This document shows, in pieces, positions 49,062 through 60,800 of a stretch of DNA of 64,000 bases. The stretch lies in assembly GCA_963575745.1 (NCBI GenBank), contig CAUYUJ010000002.1, positions 992,001 through 1,056,000 on the forward strand, given 5' to 3'. The stretch comes from Prorocentrum cordatum. Its lineage: Eukaryota. The notes below the pieces were generated by a model. That model had not been told where the DNA came from and made no database searches. It saw only the letters and a list, made by a program, of their open reading frames with translations. The position numbers and the translations under genes were made by a program. Position 1 is the first letter of the stretch; the number at the start of each line of letters is the position of its first letter.

Positions 49062-49230
49062 TTAGGTCGGGCATGTCCTCCTACAGGCCGATTTTGGACG
49101 AACACTTTTTTTTTAGAAGTCAAACATTACCCCCAAAATGTTAAAACAAATGATCAAAAAATCATCCCCTGACTATTTTTTGACTATTTTGGAATATCCC
49201 TCCTGTAATTAGAGGGACAGGCCCGACTTA
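49062..49230. mobile_element. MITE family E copy
   Basis: Same TIRs; flanks AGGCTGGCA/AGGCTTGCA (8/9). Confidence 0.85.
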
Positions 49231-49539
49231 AGGCTTGCAGGTGCAGGCGCTTGGGTCGCCCGACGCGGCCCTCGGACGGGGGGGAGGACCACCCTCGTCA
49301 TCCCTCCCGCGTGCGCGGCCGCGGCCTCCTCGTCCTCCTAATCCTGTTTGTCTTCCTCCTCCTCCTCCTCCTTGTCCTCCTCGTCCTCCTCCTCCTCCTC
49401 CTCCTTGTCCTGTTTGTCTTCCTCCTCCTCCTCCTCCTCCTCCTCCTCCTTGTCCTTCTTATCCTGTTTGTCTTCCTCCTCCTCCTCCTCCTCCTCCTCC
49501 TCCTCCTCGTCCTCCTTGTCATCCCCTCCCCCTCCCGCT

Positions 49540-50953
49540 GTTTCCCGAAGCTGGAGGCTAATCCTGAGCATCTCAGGCGTTGGGTTGAGGTCCCTGTGGG
49601 CTGGAAGTTTTCGGGGGCGGTCTTCGTCGACGGCAGTGCGTTTCACACCACCTTGGCAGGTCTCTCGCGGTGTGGCTGGGCCATAGTCCAAGTAGACCCT
49701 GCGGGGAACCTCATTGGTGGGGTATACGGGATCGTCCCCCCCCATCTTGCCCCAGAGCAGCTTGCGAGAGATGCGGAGGACTACGCATTTCATGTCCTGT
49801 CTGAGGTAGCAGAGCTTGATCCAGACAACCCTCTTGTTGTCTACAGTGATTGCAAAGGTTCCATTGGCTGTGCTTCGAATGTGGGTGTTGGGCTTGATGT
49901 CAACAACCCTCGTCGCCACTTTTGGGAGCAGTGGTGGGCCGGAGTTGGCAAGGACGCTAGTGTGCATAAGGTCCGTGCCCACGTCAGTCTGGAGTCTGCT
50001 GCGGATGACCACGAGGAATGGTGCATCCGCGGAAACCGCCTGGCAGATTTCTGGGCCAAGCAGGGTGCCAAGCTCTGGGCCGTCCCGCCCCAACAAGTGC
50101 TGTTCATCGAGGGTGTTGAGACGCTCGCCTTAGCTGCGTCGCGATGGCATGCGAGGGCCCAGCAAATGTTTGGGGCCCTTGAGCTTTCGGACTCGCAGGG
50201 GGTGGCTGGGACCTCGGATCTCGTCGTCGATTTGAATGCCACCTCTGTGGGCAGGATGTTGCTGGCCGAGTGCGCCGCGGAGGGGTGGAACCATATGCTG
50301 ATGGTCCCTTCGTCCCCTCCACCTCCTCGGCCTCCTGCACGCCTGCTGCTGCTGCTGCCCCTCCTCAGGAACCTTTCGGCGCCATCAGCTTTGAAGCAGT
50401 CCCGTGGGCAGTCAACGGCCACTCGGTCGTTCAGGCCTCGGTGGTGTCTGTTCCCGGGGGACCTGAGATCGAAACAGGCACGAATGTTCTCTTCTGTATG
50501 CTGTGCGGAGCCTCGGTAGGTAAGCACTTCTCCAGGGGAGCGGGGCTCGATGCGGCCTGCCAGGGGAGAGACGCCCCAGGCCTCAGGACCCAGAGAGCCC
50601 GCCTCAGGAAAGGCCAATACCCAGGTCGACAGAACGCGGTGCTGGAGGCCTACCGCGCGCCCTCGCAGGTGCTGCGAGATCTCTGGCGCGCGCGCCTCCC
50701 GTCCTTGGCCGCCGGCGGCGGCCTCGAGGACGCGCGGGGGCAGCGTGCTGAATCTTCGGGGGGCGGAGCTGGGTCTGGGTGTGGGTCGGCGGGATTCGGC
50801 TTCCAGTTTGCTCCTCCTCTCTTTGACCATGAGGTCGCCCGTCTGCATGGCTTCGTGGACCCGTCCTCGGTTGTGAGTTTTATCTCCGAGTGCAAGGGCC
50901 TGCAAGCTGCAGAGGTCGAGTTTTTCGCGGTCTGTAGCTTCGAAGATTCGTGA
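49540..50953 (+). pseudogene. RNase HI domain plus Cys/His C-terminus, probably the 3' end of a 5'-truncated non-LTR retrotransposon
   Basis: VFVDGSA, DAEDYA, VYSDCKG, KVRAH, GNRLADFWAKQGA. After a frameshift near 50310-50350: NGHSV...FCMLCGA...LDAACQG. Confidence 0.8.
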
Positions 50954-51279
50954 TTTTTGTGACGCGCCCGATGTGGCGAGCGAGGGTTTCCCCTTCGAGG
51001 TAGTCTCCAAGTCTCCAAGTGTCCTCCTTATCATCCTTCTTCTTGTCCTGTTCCTCCTCCTCCGTCTCCTCCTCTTTCCTCTCCTCGCCCAAACCGGCCA
51101 AAACGGTGGCGAATTCGAGCTCCGGCAAACTCGAGTCTCACGCTTCCACGAGCGAGGACGACGACGACCGACGTCGTCCAGACCCTCACCAGCCTCTGGA
51201 AGCCCAAAGAAGGCCCCAAGAAACCTCTCCATCGTGTATCTTCGTCGCTGTCGCCGCCGCCGTCGTCATTATCTTCCCC

Positions 51280-52300
51280 CTCTCGATCCTCGATCCTTGC
51301 CGCAGTCGTCGTCCCCCCTCCTTATCCTCCCCCGACTCCCCCTCTCGATCCTCGTCGTCGTCCTCCTCCGCCTCCTCTCCCTCCCCCATCTCGATCCTCG
51401 GTCGTCGATCCTCGTCGCCCTCCTCTCCCTTCCCACCTTCGCTTCCTCTCTCCTCCTCCTCCTCCTCCTCCTCCTCCTCCTCCTCCTCCCTCCTCCTCCT
51501 CCTCGTCCTCCTCCTCCTCCTCCTCGTCCTCCTCCTCCTCCTCTTCCTCCTCCTCCGCCTCCTCCTCCTCTCCTCCTCCTCCTCCTCCTCTCCTCTTCCT
51601 CCTCCTCCGCCTCCTCCTCCTCCGTCTCCTCCTCCTCCTTCTCCTCCGCCCCTGCGACCCGATGGCGCGAAGAAACTGAGACATCGTTGTGAGCCACGAT
51701 CGGAACCCCCAACACCCCGTCTTCCTGCGACACTTTTCGAGCCGGATCGCCCTGTGATGGCTCCAAGGCCCGACACTGGGCGCTAACGCCCAGCTAAGAA
51801 CAAATCGGGACGCCCGGATCTCAGGGGTCCTGCTCGTCGTCATCCTCCGCCTCCGCTGCCTCCCCCTCGTGATCCTCGATCCTCGATTTTCGTCGTCCTC
51901 CTCCCCCCTCCATGCCTCCCCTCCCCCTCCTCCCCTTTCCTCCTCCTCCTTCTCCTCCTCCTCCTCGTCCCTCTTCCTCGTCCTCCTCCTCCTCCTCCTC
52001 CTCCTCCTCCTCCTCCTCCTCCTCCTCCTCCCCCTCCCCCTCCCCCTCCCCCTCCCCCCTCCTCCTCCTCCTCCTCCTCCTCCTCCTCCTCCTCCTCCTC
52101 CTCCTCCTCCTCCTCTTCCTCCTCCTCCGCCTCCTCCTCCTCCTCCTCCTCCTCTTCTTCCCCCTCCCCTCCCCCCCCCCCCTCCCCCTCCCCTTCCCTC
52201 TCCCCCTCCTCCTCCTCCTCCTCCTCCTCCTCCTCCTCCTCCTCCGCCTCCTCCTCCTCCTCCTCCTGCTCCTCCTCCTCCTCCTCCTCCTCCTCCTCCT
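51280..52300. repeat. Long (CCT)n polypyrimidine tracts, representative of many in the window
   Basis: Similar CCT/GGA tracts at about 1300, 2290, 3335, 18000, 28140-29100, 33930, 35290-35710, 41830-42100, 45020 and 49330. Confidence 0.95.
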
Positions 52301-52877
52301 AAGATCCGACGCCGCGACAAGTGAGACATCGTCAACAATTACGTTAAGAGCCCCAAAACCACATCTTCGTGTGCCACTTTTCGAGCTAGATCGACCAGTC
52401 CTGCAACCGGGCGAAAACGCGCGGCTCGAAAATATCGGGATGCTGGATCTCAGGGTCCCTCACCGTCGTCCTCCTCCGCCTCCTCTCCCTCCCCCTCTCG
52501 AGCCCCCATCCTCGTCGTCCTCCGCCTCTCCGCTTCCCCCTCCTCAGCCCTCCTCCGTTCTCCTCCGTCCTTCTCCGTCCTCCGCCTCCATGCTCGGTGG
52601 ACCCCCAACGGTCTGGACCCATTCCCCGCGAACGGTCTGGACCCATTCCCCGCGAATCGTTCCTCGACGGTCCCAGGGGCCAGGGAGGGCCCGCAGAGGC
52701 CGAAAGTGGCGAAACACCTCCCCCTTCCTGCTTCGCCCGAGGGGGTCTCGGTTCTTCCTCCCCCCTCTCCAAAGGGCTCCCAACTCCGCGCTTCGCGCCG
52801 CGCGAAGCGCGCATAGCTTCGCGCTCTCGCGCCGCCTCCCAGAGGAGAAGAGGAGGATGAGGAATCGGAGCCGAACC

Positions 52878-53073
52878 TCGGGGGCGCGCAAATATGGATT
52901 AGCGATCCGTGGGTTTGGCGCGCGGTCGCCATATGCATGGATCGGGGGAGGTGCCCTCTCCAAAATTCGGCCGGTGCCGCCTCGCTCTGCGGCGGAAGTC
53001 CGCGACTTCCCGTGGAAGCGGGACCCGCCTTTCATCCACGCCCCTTTGATCCATGTTGTTTGCGACCGCCTGA
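52878..53073. mobile_element. MITE family K, second copy
   Basis: Colinear with 17581-17773; flanks GAACC/AAACC. Confidence 0.8.
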
Positions 53074-54130
53074 AAACCGCGAGGCGCGAACAACTTCGCG
53101 CCCTCGAGGGCGCCCTTGCTCGCGGCCCTCGCTCCCCCTCGGCGGCCGCCGGCCGGCGGCGGCCGAGCGGCGCCCTCGCGAAGCCCGCGGCCGCCGCGGC
53201 GCCGCAGGCGGCAGTGGCAGCTGCCACCGCCGCCGCGCCCGCCCCGTGGGCGGCCGCGCGCGCTGGTCGGCCAGCGGCGGGCCGGTGCGGCCGCGCCGCG
53301 CCCTCGGCGTCGGGGGGGAGGAGGAAGACGAGGATCGAGGATCGAGAGGGGGGGGAGAGGAGGAGGACGACGAGGAGAGGAGGAGGAGGAAGAGGAGGAG
53401 GAGGAGGATGAGGAGGATGAGAAAGATCGATTGATTTAGCTCTCGGGCCACCCTAGGGTTACTGACTGGACTACGACTAGCACAATGAGTCTTCAAACAT
53501 TGTAGTGCGGCCTAGCTATGGCCACTTCCTGGAAAGGGGGGCGCTGGCGCCATGGGGCGCTCGGGCCCTACCTGCACCGACCTCCCCGCGCAAGGGTCCG
53601 CGGGCAGGGTGGCGCTCGCGTTTACGGGTGCCCTCTCTACCCCTTCGCTTCCCCCCATCGGCCCTTGCCTTTTCGTTTGGGTTCGGGGGGGGGTCGGCGC
53701 ACTACATGGTACTCAGGGCAGCGTGGCCCGTGGAGTTGGAAAAGGGGAGGAGCCTCGGTGGGCGGCGGAGGAGGAAGCTGACCTTCCCTGAGTAACTGTC
53801 GGAATCGCTCGCTGGTTCGAAAAAACCTGAGGCATTGCGATGGGGGCAGCGTCAGCTGAGCGCAGCTGCATCGAATGCTCGCGGTCGCTCTCATGGCCTT
53901 CGGCCTCGCCCTCACTGTGGCCCTTCCCGGGCCTGTGCGTTCTGGTCTCCTGCTGCAAGGCGCCCGCAGATGGCGCGCAAAACTGATGTGTCCCGTCGGC
54001 CACTATCTGATGCCGCATCAGCTGGCGTCACACAAAACTGATGTGTCCAGTGAGTCACCGTTGGAAGCTGCACCTGCTGGTGCCGCACAAGACTGATCGG
54101 TGTCCACTCGGCCATTCTCTGTCGTATTGC

Positions 54131-54685
54131 TCACACCCCGTTGATGAGTCTCCCGAACTCCCTCTCGATGGCCCCACGGGGCGCTGCCCCCACCTTCCGG
54201 ATCGCCCCTTCCGTCTTGAGCTGCTTGACTACCACCGGCTCCAGCTGATGGTACGTGTGACGCATCTGGAACTGGAACCTGCATTTCTCCTGCGCCCCGT
54301 TGCCGCCCTCCTTCTCCTTGTTGCGCCTGACGCGGATCACGGGCAGTGACGATGTTACGATCTCCGCGTTGCCATTCAATACGCAATCAGTGTAATACAT
54401 CTCGAGTATGTCTCGTTCGGCTCCAGCCTCGCGCACGCGGCCCAGGTAGATTAGCACCTCTGTCCAGATCTTCACGCACGGGCTGCCCAGCGATGCAGTG
54501 TCCACGTTCTCCCCGCCGCTTGCCCTTCTGAGCAAGTCCTGGGCCGCGTCGTTGTAGTCCTTGCCTGCTGTCAGCCCGACCTTGGACACCTCGGCGTTGG
54601 CGTCGATCTCCCATGTCTGGATCACCGCAGAGGCGAATTCTGCTTGTTTTCGCGGTCGACCCACTGAGGCAGCATCCGCGCTCTG
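54131..54685 (-). CDS. 5'-truncated ORF of unknown function, resembling a non-LTR ORF1 C-terminus
   Basis: Ordinary protein composition and G/C-ending codons; ends KVGAAPRGAIERE. The ORF1 assignment is from recollection of similar motifs only. Confidence 0.5.
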   Translation of the reverse strand, partial: QSADAASVGRPRKQAEFASAVIQTWEIDANAEVSKVGLTAGKDYNDAAQDLLRRASGGENVDTASLGSPCVKIWTEVLIYLGRVREAGAERDILEMYYTDCVLNGNAEIVTSSLPVIRVRRNKEKEGGNGAQEKCRFQFQMRHTYHQLEPVVVKQLKTEGAIRKVGAAPRGAIEREFGRLINGV

Positions 54686-54799
54686 GAATCATCCTCTTCC
54701 CCCTCCTCCTCTTCCTCCTTCTCCTCCTCCTTCTCCTCCTCCTCCTCCATCTCCTCCTCCTCCTCCTCCTCCTCCCCCTCCTCCCTCCGACATTCCCCC

Positions 54800-55450
54800 T
54801 CTGGCCCTCAAAGATCCCTGCAAGGATTCATTTCCACTAGGAAAATGCACCGCTTGGGGGCAGCTGTGTGAATATCCCGAAGCTTGGCACAACACCATTC
54901 TCGGGACTTCGACGCCACGAATCAACCTGACTGTTGCGTCTTGGCGATCCTGAATCGCGCCAGAACGCAATTCCTGGGACTTCACAACACCGCGAATCAA
55001 TATAACTTTTGCGCTCTGATAATCCTGAACCGTTCCAACACACCATGTCTGGTACTCTAACCATGGGAATCCGTGAAACTCGTGTAGCTGTTTCAAACGA
55101 GTGTGCGCGGCGCTAAGGCGAGAGCCACATTTTGAAAAGTGACCGCCCTCAACTCTTGAACTTCGGGAAAAGTTTAGGACGAGTGTGCGCGGAGCTAAGG
55201 CGAGAGCCACATTTTGAAAAGTAACCGCCCTCAATTCGTTAAAGTCTGGCAAATGTTTACGACGCGTGTGTGCGGCTCTAAGGCGAAAGCAATATTTTGG
55301 AAACGGCCCGCCCTCCACTTGTGAAACTGCTGCGAAACTTCAAGTTTCAGGATCAAAACTGGTAATGAAATCTCAGGCGAAGCGCCTCGCCCGCCCTTCC
55401 GACTGGCCTCCGGGTGCGACAGGGGGAAATTAGTTATGAGGGAAAGGAAT
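54800..55450 (+). repeat. Family D copy
   Basis: About 70-bp then about 79-bp tandem units, ending TCTCAGGCGAAGCGCC...GGGTGCGACAGGG, as in the reverse copy at 27470-27545. Confidence 0.8.
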
Positions 55451-56745
55451 TGCGGAAGAGGAGGAATCGGAGAAGGACGAGGACAAGGATCGAGGATCAA
55501 GGGGGAAATAACAAGTGAATTGGCGGCGCGCCCAGGGGGAAGCGAGAGGGGGCAGACCTTCTAAGAAGGCGGCGGGGCTTCTCAGGCGCTCTCCAGCCTT
55601 CTGAGAAGCCCTCTGTGTCCTCGGAGAGGTCTTAGAAAACGCCTCAGAAGACCGAAGGCCTTGACAGCCTTATGATAATGCCCGCCCTCTCTCACTTCCC
55701 CTCTGGGCACGCAGCCGAGAGAAGGAGAAGGATGAGGACGACGAGGATCGATGGTCGAGGATCGAGAGGGGGAGGGAGAGGAGGAGGTGGATGAGGAGGG
55801 TGCAGTTGCGGGGGCGGGAGGATCAGAGAGGGACGAAATACGTACCGATGCCGCTGCACTTCGATTGCCGCCACGGCTGGATTCGCTTCGAGATCCTGGT
55901 CAGACCGCGCCCCAGGTGAGGTCCGTTCGGCACATTGTCCAACTGCCAAGTCAAAGACAGGCTGGTACGACGGCGCCTGTGGTTGGGCAAGCACGGATAT
56001 GTCAGACGTGAAGACGTGCCGGTGCGACGGCGACCGCCGGGGGCATGGATGGACAGATACCCGCCAATAGCCAGGCCATTCCGACGGGGCGGCAGCGACG
56101 GAGTTTCGAACAACTACCAACATGCAGTTCATTACGCGTGGGACCTCCTCATGAGAGGAAGAGGGGGGGGGATGGCGGGATGGGCGGTGCGGACGGAAAG
56201 GGGGAAATGGCGAGGAGGGGGAGGAGGAGGAGAAGGAAGAGGGAACGGTGAAGGAGTGGAAGAGAAGGGGGGGCTGCGTCCCATTCCTTCCTCCCTGCTC
56301 CCCTCTCCTCCCACTCGCCGCCGCCGCCGCCTTCACGGTCTGACCGTTCAGGATCTGTCCCTGGACCCCAAGCGCGTTTTTCGAGACCAAACCCAGCCGT
56401 GGCGACGGGAAGCTCCGAAACGACGACGACGTCGCCGCCGCCGTCGTCGTGAAGGGGGACGACAGGTGGGAAGGACCGGCTCAGGTGAGGAGGCACAGAG
56501 CCGAAAGCGGCGATGCACCGCCGATGGGCCAGCGATACGCCCCGAGGAACATCCTACATGATCTCGAGTTTGTTTTATTTCTATGTCAGTGTTCGTTCCC
56601 AAAAATGCCGAGTGAGCCCCCAGGCGTGACAGAAGGCGAGGGTGGAGCGGCGCGTGCAGAGCCTGAGCCGCGCAGCCGGCAAGCCGATCCTCGACGCCCC
56701 TACTGCAACCCCTCTCGGGCTTCCTTCCTCCGATCCCTCACTCTC

Positions 56746-56916
56746 TCGGCGGTGGACAAACCTCCCTTTAATAAACGTCTCTTTAGTGAACACGGCCTGG
56801 GACCGAAACCGACGGACCTGGACCCGCAAAAATGACGGCCAAGACGCCCTCTCGCGAACCGAGAACTGCCAATTCGCTCATCGACGTGTCAGGGTAGGAG
56901 GTCTATCCACCTCCGA
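56746..56916. mobile_element. MITE family B, third copy
   Basis: Colinear with 14768-14929 and TIRs intact; no clear TSD. Confidence 0.8.
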
Positions 56917-57899
56917 GAAGCCGCGCGTTCCCAGGCGGCGTGAGCGATCAAGCACCTGTCGGCGATGAGTGTGGGGACCGGTGTTTCCTTGGCTTGCGGG
57001 TCGCAGCTCGGCTCCCCAGCGGCCCGTCGGGAGGATTCCGGCGCCCCCGGGCGATGTCGGCGAGGCGCAGCCCTTGCAAGGCATCTCGAAAAAGGAAAGC
57101 CGCCAAGAGCCGACAACATCGTCCGACAACCGTCCTTTTGGAAGAGGGTGATATCATGATAAGGCTCAGAGGTCAAACGCATTCCCCCGTAATAACCAAC
57201 CCGACACGCGAAGTCGCTTCGTAAACGCGCCCCAACAACGAATCGACCAGGGCAGGGCTGTTTAGTCAACGCCCAGGGCCGTTCAGCAAACGCCAATTAT
57301 CGGGTCTGGGTGGTTTTTCATCCCTTGAAGATTAGCTCATTACAACTAATTCTCAGGAGCTTCAGAATATCTACCAGTCCTTTTCTGTCCCAAGCCCGTG
57401 CGGAGCAACATTTGCTTCGCAGAACGCCCCGCCTTCCGCGGGGGGAAGCAGCGGTCAACATCCCGCCCGGGGAACAGGCGAGCGGGAAATTGCCCCTGCG
57501 GAGCGACAAAAACTCCCGGAAAACCAGGACCGCATGATCATGATTTCTTGCACTTTGGCTTTCGGGTCATGTCTCGGCTCTCCGGCGGTGAATGATTATT
57601 TCCTCGCTGCGGTCCAAGCAAGCAATTGCAGCCAAAACGTTCATGGGCCTGCACGCGCAGGCAACCCTCCTGCCTGAGACCTGCTCACTGAGCCCCAGGC
57701 ATCATCAAACACATATCAACTCCCTGGTCATTGCGGAATTCCGCCGGCTCGGGAGACGAGGCACAGCACTCAGCTGCGCTAGAACAGGCAGGCGTGAGCC
57801 ATTCAAATACAGTGGCCTTCGCCCTCGCCTCCACCTTCTTTCAATCGCGGAGCATGGCGATCCACATCGCATGGCGCCATATTATATCCCAGTGCAGCC

Positions 57900-60800
57900 C
57901 GTAACGCAAGACGGATCCGACCTCCGCGAGTCTCACTCGAACCCTAGGGCCTCTGGGAACCTCGCGATCATAATGGCCTCGATATGCTTCCCGCGCGAGT
58001 CCGCCACGTTGGTTTTGCCATCGACTTTGCGAACGTGCATCCGTCATTCTTACGCTACCCTCTGGAGCCACAAAATGGGGCATGTGGGAGCCTGCGCGCC
58101 ACCATGCATGAACGTCGCAACGCAACACCACCTGTGCGCCCTCGACGCCGTAGTCGGCCAGGACCGTCTTGAAACCTAAGCCCATCGAGGGGGCATTCGC
58201 GAGCGCGTGGGACTCCTTCGCGCCCGTCATCACCGCCTGGAAATGCTGCGTCGTGCTCGACCACCGTGTCCATTGGCTAACAACGGTCGCCGTGGCACTT
58301 GGTGTACGCTTGCGGGTTGATGCGCGCCCAGCAAAGTCGCTGTCCGTCCAGACCTTCAGCGCAGACTGCGGTGGTTGCTTCGCGCGCGTGATCACCTGCC
58401 TGGGAACTGGTGCCAAATGAAGCCCCAATCGCTGAAACGCCGCCCGTCCTCCGTCAGTTGGTCTCTGCATCGCTCGGGCGGCCTCCTCACTCGCGCGCTG
58501 AATGTCCGGTCGGTTTTGGCCGAGCTTGGCAATCCTCGCGCGCGTGCTTCTGTGCGCTGCCCGATCGTCATCGCCCTGATCCGGCCCTCCGCAACCGTGT
58601 CCTTGGACTCCTGGTGTTGACGCTGTCTTTGATCATCACGTGTCTGGGGTCGGACTCGTACTCGGCCCGCTCATGCAGGGCCCCATATCGCTTCTGCGCC
58701 ACCAGGCGATCCGATGAGCGCCGTGCCCCCGTCGAGGTCTACGCTCCACGGCCCAGGTCCAAGTGCGCCCCGTTGCTTCGCGATCAGCTTCTCCCCCGGC
58801 TAACTCGCCAACGCCTCGGACCCCCCCGGCGCGACGAAGTCGCCGCCGCGCCGCCGTGCGACCAACGTGCCCTCCAAGAAGCCGCAGGGGCTGAACTTTC
58901 CTCGCGTCGCTTCGAGATCCTGTCCCGTTCTACCTTCGTGGCGACACCGGCTCTGGCATCCTTGAGTCCGCAGATCGCAGCCACGAGTAGCCAACGCCAT
59001 CCAGGCTCGCAACATCCAAGAACAACTTCCGACGCAACTCCGCGTTGAAGTGCGTTCAGCTGTCGTCGATGAACATCGGCATCCTGCTCGATGGACTGCG
59101 CGTCGCCAGGCTGGGCGCAAACCTGAGACCCTCCCGCGGAGGGTTCGCCGCAAACGCGGCTGGGGCGTCGTCCGAACCTGGGGCGCATCGCAGCTTCGTC
59201 GCCTTGGCGACGGGCCTGCGCCTGATCTCTGGCCTCTACGAGTCGCCGTTGTTCGCGTCCACCCAGCCGCCAGGCAGCGGCCTCTCGCCCGCTGGCTCGT
59301 TGCACTTCTAGTGAACATCCTGAGGAACATCCTGAGGAAGCTGGTTTCGGCCAGTTACGGGACCAGCTCCCTACCATACGTGAGGGAGCTGTCCGTGCCA
59401 CTGCGGATGCTGCCGCAGCTCAGGACCGTGAGCCTGCCGAGTCAGGCGCCACCGCCGAGGCCGACGACCTCGTCCCGGTCCCCGCCTCCCTCGTCGTGCA
59501 TTGCATCGAGACGGCGGAGCGTCTCGACCTTCCCGCCATAATCGTTCACCCAGAGTACGAGACTGCGGAATACGTGCCGGTTACCTTGAAGCGCGAGCAC
59601 GACTTGCAGTGGGTCGCTCGCTTCTGCTGGCGCGAGGTGCTCCAGCGGTCACCGCCAAAGAAGTTGACTGCTTGGATGCTATGCCGGAGCGAGGGCGAGC
59701 AGACGTCTATCCTCAAAGGAGGGGGCACTACTGTTTTCAGCCACCTCCATGACTTGCCTGAGACTGCGATCGTCACAGTGGTGATCGGCAGACTCTCTGA
59801 CCTCAGTATTTTTGGAAGCTGCTTTGCCGATCTCTTGATCGGTCGGGCGCTGCCCTTGCTCTAGTTATGCTCGTTGTCAACGACTGCGGAGACTCTGAGC
59901 TGGCTTTCTGTTTGGCCGGACGGCCGTGTCTGCGAAGCCGACTGCGGCAAGGCATTCACGTCATCGCGTGCCGCTTCGGGCGCATGCTCAATTCGCCCCT
60001 CGCGTCGTAACGGCGCTTGCCGCTTGCGTCTCGCGTGAGAGACTGTAGCATGGCCTTCCTGTGGGCCAGGGGACCCTCCGAGCCTGTGCACGTTTTCTAC
60101 GCCGCCGCCGGTGGCGATAGTCGCCGTGCGCTCGCTCGCCGCATCAACGCCGCAGCTTGACTTTGCTGGCCAGGCCTCGCTGGAGGCACCGAGCAGCTGA
60201 TTTAAGCATGTGAGACACGAGGAGACTACAATACCCTGCGCAACAAAAAAAAACTTCTAGTCTGGGGCCCGCTCGAAGACGTCCGACCTCTCCATGCAAT
60301 TGGCCCATCTCCTCTGGGCGCCCCTTCCTGGCGTCCTCCGCGTCGAGCGTCGCGCCCGCGATGCCGCCGTGGTGCTCCGTGGCTTTGGCCTTCGCGGTGC
60401 TGTCCGATGTCCCCGGCCCCTTCCTCGGCCGCCTCGCCCACTGTTCAAGCCCTTGCTCGCGCGAACATCGCCCCTGATCCCCTTGACAATCTCCCTCGCT
60501 AGCTTCGTCGGGTACCTCTCGATGGCCTGAATTGCCTTTGTCGCCCCACAGCTCATCGCGCGCGCGCCCTCTAGCGCGTGAGACTCCGACTCTCCTGGCC
60601 TCGCTCCTGCTGTTCGTCGCCCAACCTGCAGGCATGGCCGAATTCGCGCCGGCGCGCCCTCGCCGCGGCGACTTCATCGACCGCTCGAACTTTCTGCGCT
60701 GATGCTCTGCCGCGCGACAGGGCGCCCCAGAGGTGGCCGTGTGAGAAGTAGCGCCCCGCCCTGGCCTGCAGCGCGCGCAGCTCAATTGCGAAATCCAGAA

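Noticed and set aside
59496..59864. 122-aa plus-strand ORF inside the decayed copia
   Set aside because: No recognisable motif; probably part of an unrelated insertion, and the coding strand is unclear.
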